Positions 61,051-64,000 of a stretch of 64,000 nt of DNA are shown piece after piece; the first letter of the stretch is position 1, and every line of letters starts with the position of its first letter. Source of the DNA: Macrostomum hystrix (Eukaryota > Animalia > Platyhelminthes); assembly GCA_950097015.1 (NCBI GenBank), contig CATNEN010000038.1, forward strand, positions 25,792,001 to 25,856,000. The letters run 5' to 3'. The translations under genes were made by a program, and so were the position numbers. Under the pieces are notes generated by a model. It made no database searches. It was not told the origin of the DNA and worked only from the letters and a program-made list of their open reading frames with translations.

Positions 61051-62187
61051 AACTGACTGATGCTTTTCTCGGCAATTATCTACTCATACTTGTTATCTAT
61101 TAAAACAAATAACGATCAAATTAAGAGCACGTCAGCTTCACACTTCTCGGAACTGAAGATCGGTCTAGAATGTGAATAGTTAAACTAGCTCGTATTTACA
61201 TGTTGTTCATATCAGTTCGCTTAGTTAGCAGAAAAGCGAGATAAAACAGAGTTAGTTCGGATTTCACCCAGCAAGTTCACTTGAGCATTTACTAGCTATC
61301 ATTTTTCTGGCTTAATTAACAATCCCTCCATTAAATTTTAACACTTGGCATCCGTTGAGGATTCGAAACTTGATATAGGAAATTAAGAATGCCATGATAT
61401 AGGGAGACATTAACTTACCTGAATATTTTATCAATATAATGGAAAATGAAACTGGACCACATGCTCTGTGGGTTGATTAGCAATGTTCAAAATGGGCAGA
61501 TACGTTTCTCAATTCTCAAGAGATTCTGCAGTCTCCTCCAGGGTTGATCAAGTGTGATCCTTTTCAGCAGGGTTGGCCAAACTAACTGTGCGAGAAATCT
61601 AGACAAATGGAGAGACATCAGAAGGAAAAGCGCATTGTCTATTGTTGAGCTTTTTTACGTTTTCTGCTTCTCTAAGAGCCATTTTTTCAGGCTTATTGTG
61701 CCTCTGAGCAGGGATTGCAAAACAAGAGATTTAGTCAATTGTGCTGTTGTCATAGTATGATGGAAAATTTCAAATAGAATTGCATGAGCTAACCTCATTA
61801 CGTTTAAAATGTTTTTTACTATTCTATCAAAGCCCAGCCCAGGTTAGGCTAGGTTGACTCAGTCAAGTGTGATTAGCCTTGAGTAACGCCCATTGTATGC
61901 TGCAAGATTCTAAGGAACTGCAAATTGACTCCGCGTCTATCGAGGTAGCTGAAGGCTTATTAAAGGGTCCAGTGCGTTTGCTGGCGAAATCCATTTTACG
62001 CTCGTACTCTTACTTACTGCACCACTACTTGCATAGAATTTATTGTGTAGCTTTTTTCCACTGCCCAATGACGTGAACAACACTGGATCACACGAAGTGA
62101 AGCGTATAGATTCAAAAATTTCACCAGTCGGACACAAAACATGCGTGTTAAATGCTGCATTCACATTTTAGACAAATAACTCTTTTT

Positions 62188-63075
62188 GTAGACACTACAT
62201 TCATCAGTTAGACACTACATTCATCTGTTAGACACTACATTCATCTGTTAGACACTACATTCATCTGTTAGACGCTACATTCATCAGTTAGACACTGCAT
62301 TCATCTGTTAGACGCTACATTCATCTGTTAGACGCTACATTCATCAGTTAGACACTGCATTCATCTGTTAGACGCTACATTCATCTGTTAGACACTACAT
62401 TCATCTGTTAGACACTGCATTCATCTGTTAGACGCTACATTCATCTGTTAGACGCTACATTCATCAGTTAGACACTGCATTCATCTGTTAGACGCTACAT
62501 TCATCTGTTAGACACTACATTCATCTGTTAGACACTACATTCATCTGTTAGACACTACATTCATCAGTTAGACGCTACATTCATCTGTTAGACACTGCAT
62601 TCATCTGTTAGACACTATATTCATCAGTTAGACACTGCATTCATCTGTTAGACACCATATTCATCTGTTAGACACTATATTTATCTGTTAGACACTATAT
62701 TCATCTGTTAGACACTACATTCATCTGTTAGACACTGCATTCATCTGTTAGACGCTACATTCATCTGTTAGACGCTACATTCATCAGTTAGACACTGCAT
62801 TCATCTGTTAGACGCTACATTCATCTGTTAGACACTACATTCATCTGTTAGACACTACATTCATCTGTTAGACACTACATTCATCAGTTAGACGCTACAT
62901 TCATCTGTTAGACACTGCATTCATCTGTTAGACACTATATTCATCAGTTAGACACTGCATTCATCTGTTAGACACCATATTCATCTGTTAGACACTATAT
63001 TTATCTGTTAGACACTATATTCATCTGTTAGACACGATATTTATCTGTTAGACACTGGATTCATCTGTGAGACAC
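62188..63075. repeat. 20-bp minisatellite (GACACTACATTCATCTGTTA)n
   Basis: About 44 units. Confidence 0.96.
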
Positions 63076-64000
63076 TAATCTGTTAGATACTACACTCACC
63101 TATTAGATGAGTCATACATCTGTTAGATACTACACTCACCTGTTAGATGAGTCATACATCTGTTAGATACTACACTCACCTGTTAGATGGTGCATACATC
63201 TGTTAGATACTACACCCACCTGTTAGATGGCGCATATATCTGTTAGATACTACACTCACCTGTTAGATGGTGCATACATCTGTTAGATACTACACTCACC
63301 TGTTAGATGATGCATATATCTGTTAGATACTACACCCACCTGTTAGATGGTGCATACATCTGTTAAATACTACACTCACCTGTTAGATGGTGCATATATC
63401 TGTTAGATACTACACTCACCTGTTAGATGGTGCATATATCTGTTAGATACTACACTCACCTGTTAGATGGTGCATACATCTGTTAGATACTACACTCACC
63501 TGTTAGATGGTGCATACATCTGTTAGATACTACACTCACCTGTTAGATGGTGCATACATCTGTTAGATACTACACTCACCTGTTAGATGGTGTATATATC
63601 TGTTAGATACTACACTCACCTGTTAGATGATGCATACATCTGTTAGATACTACACTCACCTGTTAGATGATGCATATATCTGTTAGATACTACACTCACC
63701 TGTTAGATGGTGCATACATCTGTTAGATACTACACTCACCTGTTAGATGGTGCATACATCTGTTAGATACTACACTCACCTGTTAGATGGTGCATACATC
63801 TGTTAGATACTACACTCACCTGTTAGATGATGCATATATCTGTTAGATACTACACTCACCTGTTAGATGGTGCATACATCTGTTAGATACTACACTCACC
63901 TGTTAGATGGTGCATATATCTGTTAGATACTACACTCACCTGTTAGATGGTGCATACATCTGTTAGATACTACACTCACCTGTTAGATGGTGCATACATC
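63076..64000. repeat. 40-bp dimeric minisatellite TGTTAGATACTACACTCACC-TGTTAGATGGTGCATACATC, runs off the window edge
   Basis: Direct continuation of the 20-mer array with alternating subunits. Confidence 0.96.

Noticed and set aside
57100-62180. Short ORFs (60-105 aa) in the distal region
   Set aside because: No recognisable domains or consistent splice chain; the 60717-61034 ORF is a SINE.

Overview
Eukaryotic (animal) genomic DNA with AT-rich introns, roughly GC-balanced exons and GT-AG splicing. A lophotrochozoan, possibly a free-living flatworm such as Macrostomum, is suggested but is inference only. Six spliced genes can be reconstructed with consistent intron phases: PA2G4/EBP1 (+, 4 exons, 393 aa); AP-3 beta adaptin (+, 6 exons, 1082 aa); a TPR + 2-TM protein (-, no start codon found); a secreted all-helical 252-aa protein resembling IL-6/Unpaired-type cytokines (+, 2 exons); an orphan 328-aa protein (-, 2 exons); and a 2122-aa CUB/C-type-lectin/LDLa/LRR GPCR of the GRL101/type-C LGR class (+, 5 exons). 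About 40% of the window is tandem repeat: about 20 minisatellite arrays, nearly all with different units. All five AP3B introns carry their own array, and one PA2G4 intron holds a 10.7-kb 36-mer array with higher-order structure. Two tRNA-derived SINE families are dispersed through the window. Most long ORFs in the supplied track are artefacts of stop-free repeat units.
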